Assembly (NCBI GenBank): GCA_012295275.1
Contig: CM022665.1
Coordinates: 10,106,001 to 10,170,000 of the forward strand
Length of the DNA: 64,000 bases
Direction of reading: 5' to 3'
Source of the DNA: Chrysomallon squamiferum
Lineage: Eukaryota > Animalia > Mollusca
The notes beneath the pieces are model-generated. The model saw only the letters and a program-made list of their open reading frames with translations. It did not search any database and was not told the origin of the DNA. This document shows positions 13,614 to 25,359 of this stretch, one piece after another (position 1 is the stretch's first letter; each line of letters opens with the position of its first letter). The position numbers and the translations under genes are program-made.

Positions 13614-16600
13614 TATGTGTATATCTATCTATCTATCTATCTATCTTAGTTTTTAAATGTATTCTTATTTAATTTTATATAATTACTTTTAAAAATGTAT
13701 CATTGTTAGCTATATGTCTCTTTCAATTTAGTCATTTTTTTTTTTATGACTGCAGAATCCTGATAACTGTAGAACTGCCAAGAAAATAGTCTGCAATCTT
13801 CACAAAGGCTGTGGATTTGGCTGCCAGTTGCATCACGTGGTGTACTGTTTGATAGTGGCCTACGCCACTGAGAGAACACTCGTTTTGGAATCGAAGGGCT
13901 GGAGATACGCACCTACAGGATGGGAAACAGTTTTTCAGCCTCTAAGTAACACCTGTACTACCACTGAAGGAAAAAGTTCCACAATGTGGGGACGTAAGTT
14001 GCTGTAAATACTGTAATAAGATTAAATAGAAACAGTTGTAAGAGCAAAGAAATTCCGTTTTTGTTTTGTTTTGGGTTGTTGCTTTTTTTTTTCTTTTTGA
14101 GCTGAGGGTGTTTGTTGTTTTTTGCGGGGGGGGTTTGTGTTTTTTTGTAAGATCCATTTTTGTTTTGTTTTGGATTGTTGCTTTTTTCTTTTCTTTTTGA
14201 GCTGAGGGTTTTTCTTTCTTTTTTTTGTTTTTTAAATTGGAATTAAAAATAATTGTTAATTTATTATTTTCAAACTTCATTATGTGTTTCCTTGTCATTC
14301 TGTTTACTGTTTGCACGCGTGTGCGTGTGTGTGTGTGTGTCTTTTTCTTTAGGATTTTAGTTACAATGGTTTATTTGTCCATCTCTCTGCCTATCTGTGT
14401 TCATCTCCGTCAGTCTGTCTCTCTGGTTTTCTTTCTCTCCAACTATTATCTTTAATTCCTTTGTTTTTATCTATATAATGTATCCGTCTATCCATCCATC
14501 CATTTACTCAGTCATTCATCTGTTCACCCATCTGTCCATCATTAGTGCATTCTTTCACCTTTATTTTTGGTCACACTAGAATATTTTATTTTGCCCACAG
14601 CTAACTCACAAATGAAACTTTTGCTTACACTTTCAGCTATGGAAAATATAAGAAACGTTCAAGTAGTTGATTTGCCTATAGTGGACAGCATGCACCCACG
14701 ACCAGAATTTTTGCCACTAGCTATCCCAGAAGATCTTGCACCCAGACTGACCAGACTTCATGGTGACCCCTCAGTCTGGTGGATTGGTCAGTTTGTAAAA
14801 TACCTGATGAGACCACAGCCAGAGCTGCAGAAGGACATAGAAAGTACAAAACAGAAATTACAGTTTGCAAATCCAATTGTAGGGTAGGGATGTTTTATTA
14901 TTATTATTGTTATTTTTTTTTTTTTTTCATTCTTAGTCAAATTTAAGAGATGATAATTTCACTTCAAAGTAATTTGAATTTTACCTAAATGTGATTTTAA
15001 CTCTTTAGTATTAAGAAAGGTATTACCATCTACCGACAAACATTTTAACTAGTAGAAATCGACAGTAACCAAGGATCATGCTGTGCCAATGAGAAAGTAA
15101 ACAATAAAATGGTTACTATAGATATAGGAAAACTCAAAATGTTGACTCTGGTGGTTGCTAAAGGTATTTAAAAAATTAAGCTTGACTGAAAATTATGTAA
15201 CTTTGACATATCTCTGGTCTACTCACCTTGTAAATAGATATTTCACTACATATTTTGTTATAATTTATTATTTTGCTGCTTATGCAGATATGAAGCCACT
15301 CATATCATTGTCTAAGCTCACCTTTGCTTGTCTGATTACCTAATTTTACCTAAACTTCAAGATTATCCAACAGTAAACACATATTTAAGAGAACATTTAC
15401 TGTAGGATGGAATTAACCTATTTTCTGATGTTTAATGTATTATTTCACATACTGGAAGAATATGTGGCAGGTATTTTCATGTTTACTGTATAATTTCACA
15501 GTTTGGTAAAATATATGACATATTGGTTTTATGTTTACTGTTTTATTTCACAGATTGGTAAAATATATGACTTTGTTTTATGTTTACTTTATAATTTCAC
15601 AGATTGGTAAAATATATGACTTTGTTTTATGTTTACTTTATAATTTCACAGTTTGGTAAAATATATGACATTGGTTTTATGTTTACTGTTTTATTTCACA
15701 GATTGGTAAAATATATGACTTTGTTTTATGTTTACTTTATAATTTCACAGATTGGTAAAATATATGACTTTGTTTTATGTTTACTTTATAATTTCACAGT
15801 TTGGTAAAATATATGATGTGTTTTATGTTTAATGCATTATTTCACAGTTTAGTAAAATGTGTTTTATGTTTACTGTATCATTTCAGTGTCCATGTACGAA
15901 GAACAGACAAAGTTGGAGTAGAGGCTGCATTTCACACATTGGAAGAATACATGACTTATGTTGAAGACTATTTTAACAAGCTAGATGCTAGACAGACAGA
16001 AACACCTGTAGGAAAAAGAAGAGTTTACCTAGCAACTGACGATCCCAATTTACTTAACGAAGCTAGATCAAAGTAAGTAGTGAATTTATTTCCTTTTTAT
16101 ACGAGAAGGCCTTAGAAGTAATGTGAACATTTTTCAAGAGATTAATACAATTTAGTTGAATTTTTTAGGCCAGAAATCACATCTTATTAACTACTGAATG
16201 AGATAATTTATGGATTTTCAGTTTTCTGTTTAAGTCACGTGTATTTCACTATTGTTTCTACTTTTTCAAAAGGATTTTAGTCATACTTGTCTAATACATT
16301 AGTTATTTCACTGATTTTGATTGGGGTATAAATCAGCTTTGACTAACACAAAGACAGTAACAGGTCTTTGGTCATGTAACACTTTCACATATATTGTGAG
16401 GGAATTCCCCAAGGGTGGAGTGATTCAACTTGAATTTTTAAAACATTTTATTATCAGTGACATAAATTTATATGTTTATATCAGTTTGTTATTTTTACAT
16501 TTATATATTTATTTTATTTTATTTTAATGTATTTTTTTATTTTATTTTATTTTTTCAGATTCAAAAATTACATATTTATCAGTGACAATGAAATATCTAG

Positions 16601-17779
16601 ATCAGCTGCTTTGGGTTCAAGGTACTCACATGGTTCATTAAAAGGCATCATCAAAGATATTCATTTCTTATCCTTAACTGATTTCCTTGTTTGTACATTT
16701 TCTTCACAAGTGAGTATCATATATATTTATATCAATTATGTATCTTTTCAGTGGAAAGAACAAAAAATGTTGTTTGTTTGTTGTCGCTGTTGTGTTTTTT
16801 TTTTCACATTGTTAGATATTTTATATTTATCTTCACATTTTAAAATGTTTTATATTCACATTTTTAGATGTTTTACAAAATAGCAATAATAATGAAACAG
16901 ATCACAATAGAAAGTTTATGATATTGCCTTAGATTTTTTTTTTTTTTTTTTTTTTTTAAAGTATGTGATGATTTTAAATCTTGATTCTGATTAATGTATA
17001 TCTCAGTGTGTGGATATTATTATTTCCTATTATTAGTTGGGGGATATGTTCTTTTTGTTATATAACTTAGAACATTTATAAATTGTGTTATTTAGTTTGC
17101 AGGTTTTCAATCTGTTTATTTTGTATTATAATGTCATTATTATTAGTTTTATTATTATTATTTCTACTACTACTACTATTATCATTATTATTATATTTAT
17201 TACTGCTGTTACTGTTGCTGCTACTGCTCATTATTATATAATAAATTATTTCATTTCCATTAAAAATGTATATTGTTTTCGGCTGTAGGTTGCTTTACTG
17301 TTATTATTACAATTATCATTATAATTATTATTATTATTATTATGATTATTAACATTACAGTTTTTATGGTTATGGTTGTTGTTGCTGCTGCTGTTGTTGA
17401 TACATAACATATTAATTTTATTTTTTCTAACAAAACTTGTATTGCTTGGTTGTAGGTTTGTCGCGTAGCCTATGAACTCATGCAGACTATTCACGGAGAT
17501 GCTTCCACGTTTTTCAAATCTCTCGATGACGTGTATTACTTTGGAGGACAGAATGCACACAACATGAAAGCAGTGGAATCCTATGAGGCTAAAGAGAAAA
17601 ATGAGGTTTCCATGGAAGTAGGGGATCTGTTGGGCATTGCCGGAAACCACTGGGACGGATTTTCTAAAGGCGTCAACCGCCGAACAGGACACAACGGTCT
17701 CTATCCATCATACAAAGTTATAAATGATATCAAAATAGTAAAAATGCCACATTATCCGAAAGTCAAAACAGACAGCTGA
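9892..17779 (+). CDS. FUT8: Alpha-(1,6)-fucosyltransferase (core fucosyltransferase, GT23), 9 coding exons, 584 aa
   Basis: Exons 9892-10082, 11060-11178, 11710-11893, 12681-12795, 13756-13993, 14637-14883, 15887-16072, 16559-16709, 17456-17779. All introns are GT-AG, phases are consistent, total 1755 nt. The protein has an N-terminal TM anchor, a coiled-coil stem, [60 protein letters not shown] and a C-terminal SH3 ([13 protein letters not shown]...GLYPSYKV). The acceptor at 9869 implies upstream non-coding exon(s). Confidence 0.96.
10203..10783. mobile_element. Foldback/MITE-like element with about 190-bp inverted arms
   Basis: 10203-10395 is the reverse complement of 10597-10783 (e.g. CAATAGGTATCCAGAT / ATCTGGATACCTATTG and TATTTAAGTATTGTTAAATAAAACTTT / AAAGTTTTATTTAACAATACTTAAATA). 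The loop contains CA and GA microsatellites. Confidence 0.7.
11460..11716 (+). repeat. Degenerate 31-36-bp tandem array ending at the FUT8 coding exon 3 acceptor
   Basis: About 7 units like ATTTTCCTAATTACTAGATAAAAATTAAT. Confidence 0.7.
12010..12385 (-). repeat. Degenerate 33-bp tandem array, inverted relative to 11460-11716
   Basis: About 10 units like TAATTTTTATCTGGTAATTAAAATAAGT. Confidence 0.65.
12386..12628. mobile_element. Non-autonomous hAT (Charlie-like) MITE, 243 bp, in a FUT8 intron
   Basis: TIRs CAGGGTTTATCAAA / TTTGAGAAACCCTG (13/14 match) and an 8-bp TSD CAATAGAA / TAATAGAA (7/8). Confidence 0.75.
15425..15886 (+). repeat. Minisatellite, 49-bp unit, about 9-10 copies, abutting FUT8 coding exon 7
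   Basis: Unit TTTCACAGATTGGTAAAATATATGACTTTGTTTTATGTTTACTTTATAA, with TTTCACA at 15443, 15494, 15546, 15595, 15644, 15694, 15743, 15792 and 15840. Confidence 0.92.
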
Positions 17780-18427
17780 CGACCGGTATCAAATATTTTT
17801 GAGAAAAACAACTTATTATGAAAGATACATGCTATTATAACTAATTTAAAGGATGTAGGAGAATTTTATATATATACAGATATATTTTTATATAAAAAAG
17901 CCAAATGTCCCAACAGTTAAAAAAATCTTCATGGCATTTTATGTTAAAATAATGTTTTTCCTTTTGCATGATCAGAGAGGAATGTACAGTTACATTTTTC
18001 ATCTTCATGGAAAAGAAACAGTTACTATTATTATAGTATTGAAGAAAATGTATGTTCTTTTTTAAAATTATTTAAAATTACGTTATATAAGTAATGTTTT
18101 GTATTACAATTATGAATTACTTTTTACACCTTTACTAGGCCTGCTGTTGCAATAATAATCACCTGTAAGTAATATAAATTTCTTATTGTAGTTGAATTGT
18201 TGTGTGTTGAAGTGTTTTAATTAGAAGTGTTGATATTGAAAATGTATTTTATTTGGAACTCGTTTTGTTAAAAATGTATTTTAATCAGAATCAGTGTTGT
18301 TTTTAAAACACCAATACAAAAGAAATATATTGCATAATAATACCAATACATTTTGTAGGTCATGTTATTTATTTCAATTAGGCAAAACAAAAACAAAAAT
18401 AAGGAAATAATTAAAAATAATAATAAT

Positions 18428-18465
<38 letters not shown>

Positions 18466-21400
18466 CACGGAAGATTATTATTATGGATAGTTTAAACACT
18501 TGATTTTTAAAAACATTTTAACAAATCTGAATATAATTCAAAGTTAAAAATTCTTTAGTAATATCCACAATGATGGCAAATGCTGCAGTCATTTAATTGC
18601 AAGGTTTGATATAAGCAAGTATATAAACACATAAACTTAAAACTTATATAAACTTTCTGAAATCCTAGCCATTAAAAGAAATCATCTTTCTCCTTTTTCT
18701 TTCTTCCTCCCCCAAATTATGTTTCTACAGTATTTACCACATGAATGTCATTTTTTATTTTTTTTTTAACAATATTCAAAATATAAATGCACAGTCTATT
18801 GACTGTTAATTTAACCTGTAGCTTACAATCAAGATTTACTTTTAGATTATTTTATACATGTATTTCTTATCAACAACTAATATTATAAAAAAAATTGTGA
18901 TTCAGATTTTAATTCCAACCACCAAATATGTATATATATATTCGAGTGATTTGTTTATATGAATTACATGTTTGTTTGTTTTAATCTTTTTTAAATTGTA
19001 ACAGACAACTGAATTAAATGTTGGTTTTATGTTTTGTAATGTGAATGACATGATGCATAACCTTTAAAACTAGTTTTTTTAAATTTTTGTATTAATTTTT
19101 TTAAATTTATATTATTAGTTTTATAACTGTAATTAGTAACAGAGTAAATGTTTATTAATTTTTTTCTTTATGACTGAGTAACACAAAAAAGAAGACTAAT
19201 CATTTTCAGAAGTCACAAAATGTATTTAAATAATTATTTGTATTCAAAAGTTACATATTTTATGTTAATAAATTTAAAAAAAAGGTTTTTCACAAAATTA
19301 CTGTAATATAGATATTTATGTTTAATCTGAATAGAAATAAATTTAATTATGGAGCATTTTATTACACAATTATTTGAACTAATTGATTATTATTATTATT
19401 ATTATTTGAATGAGAGGACTGAAATTTTTTTTTATTTTAAACTTGTTAAGTCCAAAAATTGTTGTAATTGTTCATAAAAGCATTTTCTAAACAATGTTAA
19501 AATACTTTCTTTTGGTATAAGGAAACTTTTTAAAAGATGGATATTGGACAAATCATACACTTTTTCAATTGTTCAAAATAATATAGAAATGTAAAAATTT
19601 AAGATTACCCCAAAAATGTAAAATTAAAGATTTAAAAAAAAAAAAAAAAAAAAATTTTAATTACTTTACTTAAGCATATTGGTTTTTCTTAACATTAGCA
19701 GTTTTTATGTTAAACTTTTGCTATGACCCTTCAGGATTTTTCATTTAATAACAAATATCTTTTTTTTTTTCTTTTTTTGTAATTGACTGCACAGCATGTA
19801 CCATTGTGCATAATTATGAAGACTTCTTTCAGTTTTGTTTTTATTTGGGTTTTTTACCTCTTTTCTTTTTTTCAGTTTACTACATTAAAGACTTTTGATG
19901 ATTCTCTGTGTAAAATTAAATGTTTGTAGTCATTCCAGTAAATTATGAACTTCTTATAAAAAAAAAAAAAAAAACAATACCCAGGAGTTTTTTTGATGTG
20001 TTGTCCAAATATTCCTTTATAAAAATTTGGCTGAAGGCTCACATTATTTTTGTGAATAAGACTTAAGAGAGAGCAAAAAAAAAAAAAAAAAAAAAAAAAA
20101 TGTTTACTGATTAATTCTGTTATGCAAATAGTAAAAAAAATATTTAGTAATGTTTCTGACAGATTTGGTTATTTCAGATGAATGTTAAAACAGTGTAAAG
20201 GTCCAGAATATAAGTTGCATTGTGATACATGTAACAAATTGAGAGTTCAAATTTTCTAACATGGATGCAGATCATTATAAGGAAGGTAAAACAGTTTAAA
20301 TTGTATTATGAAAGAAAACATAATTACTGATATACTGAATATAGATTTGGGATTTGCCAACTGGGAATTCTTAGTATTTACTAGTGTAGGTCGTTTCAAG
20401 CAGTAAATATATTGTTGACGTTACTACTATTCATTATGGCTAACTTTTCAACAACAACAAAAAAAAAAAACCAAAAAGAACAAAAGAAATTTAACTTAAT
20501 TCTTGTTGTTTGTTAGTCTATGGGTACAATAACCTTCATTTGCCTTATTAATGATGTTATTCTTCAAGTACCCATTTGTAGTTTGAAAAAAGAAAAAAGG
20601 AAAAAGCAACAGAACAAAAATGTATGTCTCATTTTGAAGAAAAAAACCACCTTTTTATGGAAATTGTAATCTTTTTATACTCACTGTGTATATTTTGTTT
20701 TACAACAGAAAAGAAATCCATCATGTATGTTGATATAGAGAGATGTTATAACCAAACCATCCAGTCAGTGACACAAAACCTCTGTGTTATTTGTACACCT
20801 TTTTTTAACATTTTTAAATGTTTTTATTGTACATGTTGTAAAATGAAATAATTATTCCAGTATGATATTCTCTTAGGTCAGTCAGATAAAGGAGGATTCT
20901 TCTAGTCTCTTGTGAATTTTATATTAACTGGGGCTTTATGCTAGGTTTAGTTTTTAAAAAAATGCCAGCAGAGAGAGAAATTATGTACAGGCTTGTAACT
21001 ATAATGTATAACCTTTAAAACTTAAATTATTTACTAATTATTATCACAGATCCTGATTTAGGGGTAGGGGTAAGCCTTTAAAAAATGTGAATTTTATATA
21101 AGGTTCTAACAGTAATGTATCCACCTTTAAAATTATGTTAACGTTATTAAGATCCTGATATTAATTTAAGCTTTATGCTACATTCAGTTTAAAAAAGCCA
21201 ATAAAGACGTGAATTTTATATAATAAATTTATAACATCAGTGTCTTTAAAACTGTCTTCTGACAATTTTCCAACTGTTGTAACAAGCAACTTATATTAAT
21301 TAAATGTTGGTTCCAGTTACTGAAAATATAAAAGTTATATAAAGCTTGTACATCAGCTTTTAAGATTTTTACATTTATGTAAAAAAATAATACTCTGGGA

Positions 21401-23211
21401 AGAAATGTAAACAAAAAACAAATATCACACACACACAGATATATATGTATATACAAATAAATAAAATTAGTAATAGATATTTTTATGTTAAGTAAAAACG
21501 TAGGAAAACCTCATAGAGAAAAAATGGTGTTTAAGCATACATAGCAGCTTATGGCTTTGCAGTACAAATAAAAGTAGTTATTATTTTACATTGTATTTCA
21601 CTGTCACACCATCATTATACAAAATCCATGTTTGAGATTCAGATGTACTGAGTTCTCATTAAACCTTAATAAAATTGTTCATTTCAAAAGTTTAAATAAT
21701 TATTTATGTTTGTTAAACCAAATGGAAAATCTTGAATCCTTATTTAAAAAAAAAAAAAAAAAAGTTTTATGACTATCTCACCTAAACCAGATGTTTTTTG
21801 ACACTATGAAATTCTCCATATTTTTTTTACATGATAAATAAATTCACCATTTTGTAGCAGCCTGTATTTATATCTTTTATATAATATATTTTATTTTTTA
21901 AAGAAATGTTGAATAAAAAGCTTTAAAATAGTTTTCTGAATGGCACTTTTTCCGATTAATGTGACAGTCTGCTTTTATTAAATTTGCTAGATTGTTTCAT
22001 TACAGATTTAACACTGACCTTCAGGTATCAGAATATGCTTAATATCAGAAAAAAAAAGAAAAAAGTATTGTAAACCTTTAAAAACGAGACAACATATGAT
22101 GTAAAATAATAGTCATTAAAAATCTGTTCTTGCTTTTTATGCTTTAATATATAATCTAGATATCTTTTGTTGGTGTGATTTGTAACTGGTGACAAACATT
22201 CCTCCATTAGTGACTGTTATAATAGAATATTAATAAGTTTGTTAGTTTTTAGTGATATAATACTGTACAATCATACTAAACTTGATTTAATTACTGTTTT
22301 CTAATAATACTGTATTATATGATTAAACTTGATTTCATAAGTTATAATAGTGTATATTCTAATTAAACTTGATTTAATGTTTCATATTCTTTATTCAGTT
22401 TAATTTAATGACTATCATTTAAATACTTTCATTCTTTCTAAATTTGAGTTAATACTTTTTACAATTTAATTAAAATTAATATATATATATATATTTTTAT
22501 TATTATTATTATTTGTATCATACATTATGATACAATTTTGTTAAATTTAATAGTTACATTCATCACAAATATAACCACCCATTTCTGAAATCCTGGGTTT
22601 GCCCTTGAAGAATACCAAATACATTGTGTAAATCAAAACCAGATGTTGATCAAAGACATTGTAATCAGTATTTTAAATGTTTAATAATTAAATGTTGTCA
22701 CAATAAGAAATTTGTGGTAGTTAAATTAAATTTGAAATTGTCTATTAATGTTGTTTATTAGCCTGTTTAAGAGAAGAGTTTTACTGTTAATTTCATTTTA
22801 AATTTTATTATTTTTGTTTATTTTATTTTTTTTTATTGTTTTGGATGCTATAAAGATGAAAATATGATTTTTCACAAAAATTAAAAATTACTTCATACAA
22901 ATATTTTTCTTCTTTTAATGTTTATTTTAGTAATTAATTGTAATTGTAAAGATAAAAAAGGTGTTAATTTGATTTTAAAGTAAACATTTTTAAAATATTA
23001 CTTTCACTTTCATATCTGTAAATGATCTCATATTACTGTTTTCTTTTAACTGTTCAGTTCTTTATTCTTTATATCATTGATAATAAATACATTAAATATA
23101 CTTCCATATTATTATTTGTTACTTAACACCAACCTTTGCTAATGACAAAGGGCAACAATAATATAATCAATCAAAACTGATGACACTGAAGCTGTCAATC
23201 TTTCTAAAACA

Positions 23212-23243
<32 letters not shown>

Positions 23244-24319
23244 CAGCCTTGATGTGGAGTATCGATTATTCTAATGTTTTGTTTAAGAAGCACTCCAAAC
23301 ATTTTAAATCCACTGTTAAATTATCATACATGTAAAATAGAGATATTGTGCAGTTTATCCAAAAAAAAAAATGGGAGCCCATTGTATTCTCAGTCTTGTT
23401 ATATTATTGACATTCTTTATTATTAGGAAAGAATGATGTCTAGTATTTCATTACACTAATGAATAGTATATAAAAGTTATTAATATTTATTTAGTCCATT
23501 ATTAGATATTCATTTAAAAAGAAGAAAAGAAAAAAAAACAGACCCCCCAAAAAAAAACATGATACATTTTAATTTATGTCAGTTTTTGTATCCAGTTTAT
23601 GTAGAGTTGAGTATCCAAAAAGTTCATGTTTTGACATACTTTCACAGTGGAAGGAACAGTACATGTATATATGTTTATTTATGTTGAATAAAAATTCTTA
23701 AATTTGTTTTACATAATTTATTATTTGTTAATGATACAGAAGGATATGAAATAATAACTCACTCACAATTCAAAGATTTCCATGCCAATGGCACAGTTGC
23801 ATAGCAACTAACATAAAACTTATCTGTTCATCTTTCTACCTGAGTATAAGATCCAGTATGATCAACAAATCACAAACATACAAATGCACGTAAAAAATAT
23901 GTACACATACCTGTATAAACAAACATACCAACACACATATATGCATAAAAACATGATTATAGACATGCACAAACACATAGACAGGATCACATATATATAT
24001 ACAAAAACACAAATATACACTAACGTACAATTATGTAAACTCATTCATACATATACATATAGATGTCTATCAAATATCCAATAACTGATGTATTTTCGTA
24101 GTGATACATTGCTACACATTCATCCATTCACAACAAACAGAATTCAAAATGTATTAAAATAAAATTAAAAAGCAATGTTAATTAAGAAAACAAGATAACC
24201 CTTACTATACTAGTGATTTAACAAGTGTTGTTTATTCAGTCACATTTTAATAAAGAGATAAATTTAAGTGATCACAGATTTAACGGAGGTGCAAGACCAT
24301 TCATCTGAGGATTGAACTT

Positions 24320-24640
24320 AATACAAACACTGAACAATTTTCATTTGTACCAGTTCTGCATGTGTACTGACCCTGTCAAGAATGTTTCTGTCAGAACATC
24401 AAGTCTTTTGAATGCTCTGTTTAGAGTATTTCCTGTTATAGCCAGTGCTCTGCAACAGGTTTATCAAAAAACCATGGTAAATGCTCTCTGGTTATGGAAT
24501 GGTGCAAATACAATATCACTTTTTGCTAAATTAGCAAGAGTAGCCCATGATGTGTGGGGTTTTTCCATTTATATTGTTATTATTATTATTACATAAAAAC
24601 TGTATAAAAAGGTGTTAAAATTAAAAAAATGTTCTGCTAT
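24320..24640 (+). mobile_element. Degenerate interspersed repeat copy (SINE-like core)
   Basis: Colinear motifs shared with 8960-9080 and, weakly, with the reverse complement of 55477-55720. Confidence 0.45.
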
Positions 24641-25359
24641 TTAACATTCATTCATTCAAGTCCTTTCTTGCATGTTAAGATGATGTGGGTAAAAGATTGC
24701 TTGATGCAGCTGAATCGTTAATAATATCCTTTTGACTGCAACACAAGAGTTCCTTTTAGGCTGTCATTACAAAATTATATGACTAATAATTAATCTAAAA
24801 ATAAACAGGTAGTTAAATATTTATTCATTCACTGATTGCTTTAAAAGATACATAATCATGGTTTCAGCATTTGAGAGGAGGGGAACTAACTCCAACATTT
24901 TAACTCCAAAATGTTTATCTGAAGTAGTTAAACCCCTTTACAACCATTGTATCTAATATTACTATCAGGCATTTAAAAATATCATTTGGTGAACACTTGC
25001 TCACTTGGAAAGAAAAAAATGCTGATAAACACGTACACATATTTTCTTTTTTAATAAATAAAAACAAAATGAAGACTGAAAATAATTCACATTATGATAA
25101 TAAATACTGAATAATGGATCTGAATTTTTCCATGGACTTGCTTTAAGAAATGTTTCAAGCTGCGTATAAAGATAAAATGCAGCAGAGCCCTTTCTGATAA
25201 GCCTCATAGACACGAACAAAACACTTGCCATTGTTAAAGCTACACCACAATCTTTTTGCAGACTCCATCTGTAAATAGGATACTTTTTGTGTGCTGCCAG
25301 TGAAAAATCTTTGAAATAATTTGCAGTATTTGTTTTCGAACACTGAGAGGAATTGCCAG

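Noticed and set aside
15425-15886. ORFs 15604-15807 and the 5' part of 15801-16076 as coding
   Set aside because: They are translations of the intronic minisatellite. FUT8 homology starts only at 15887.
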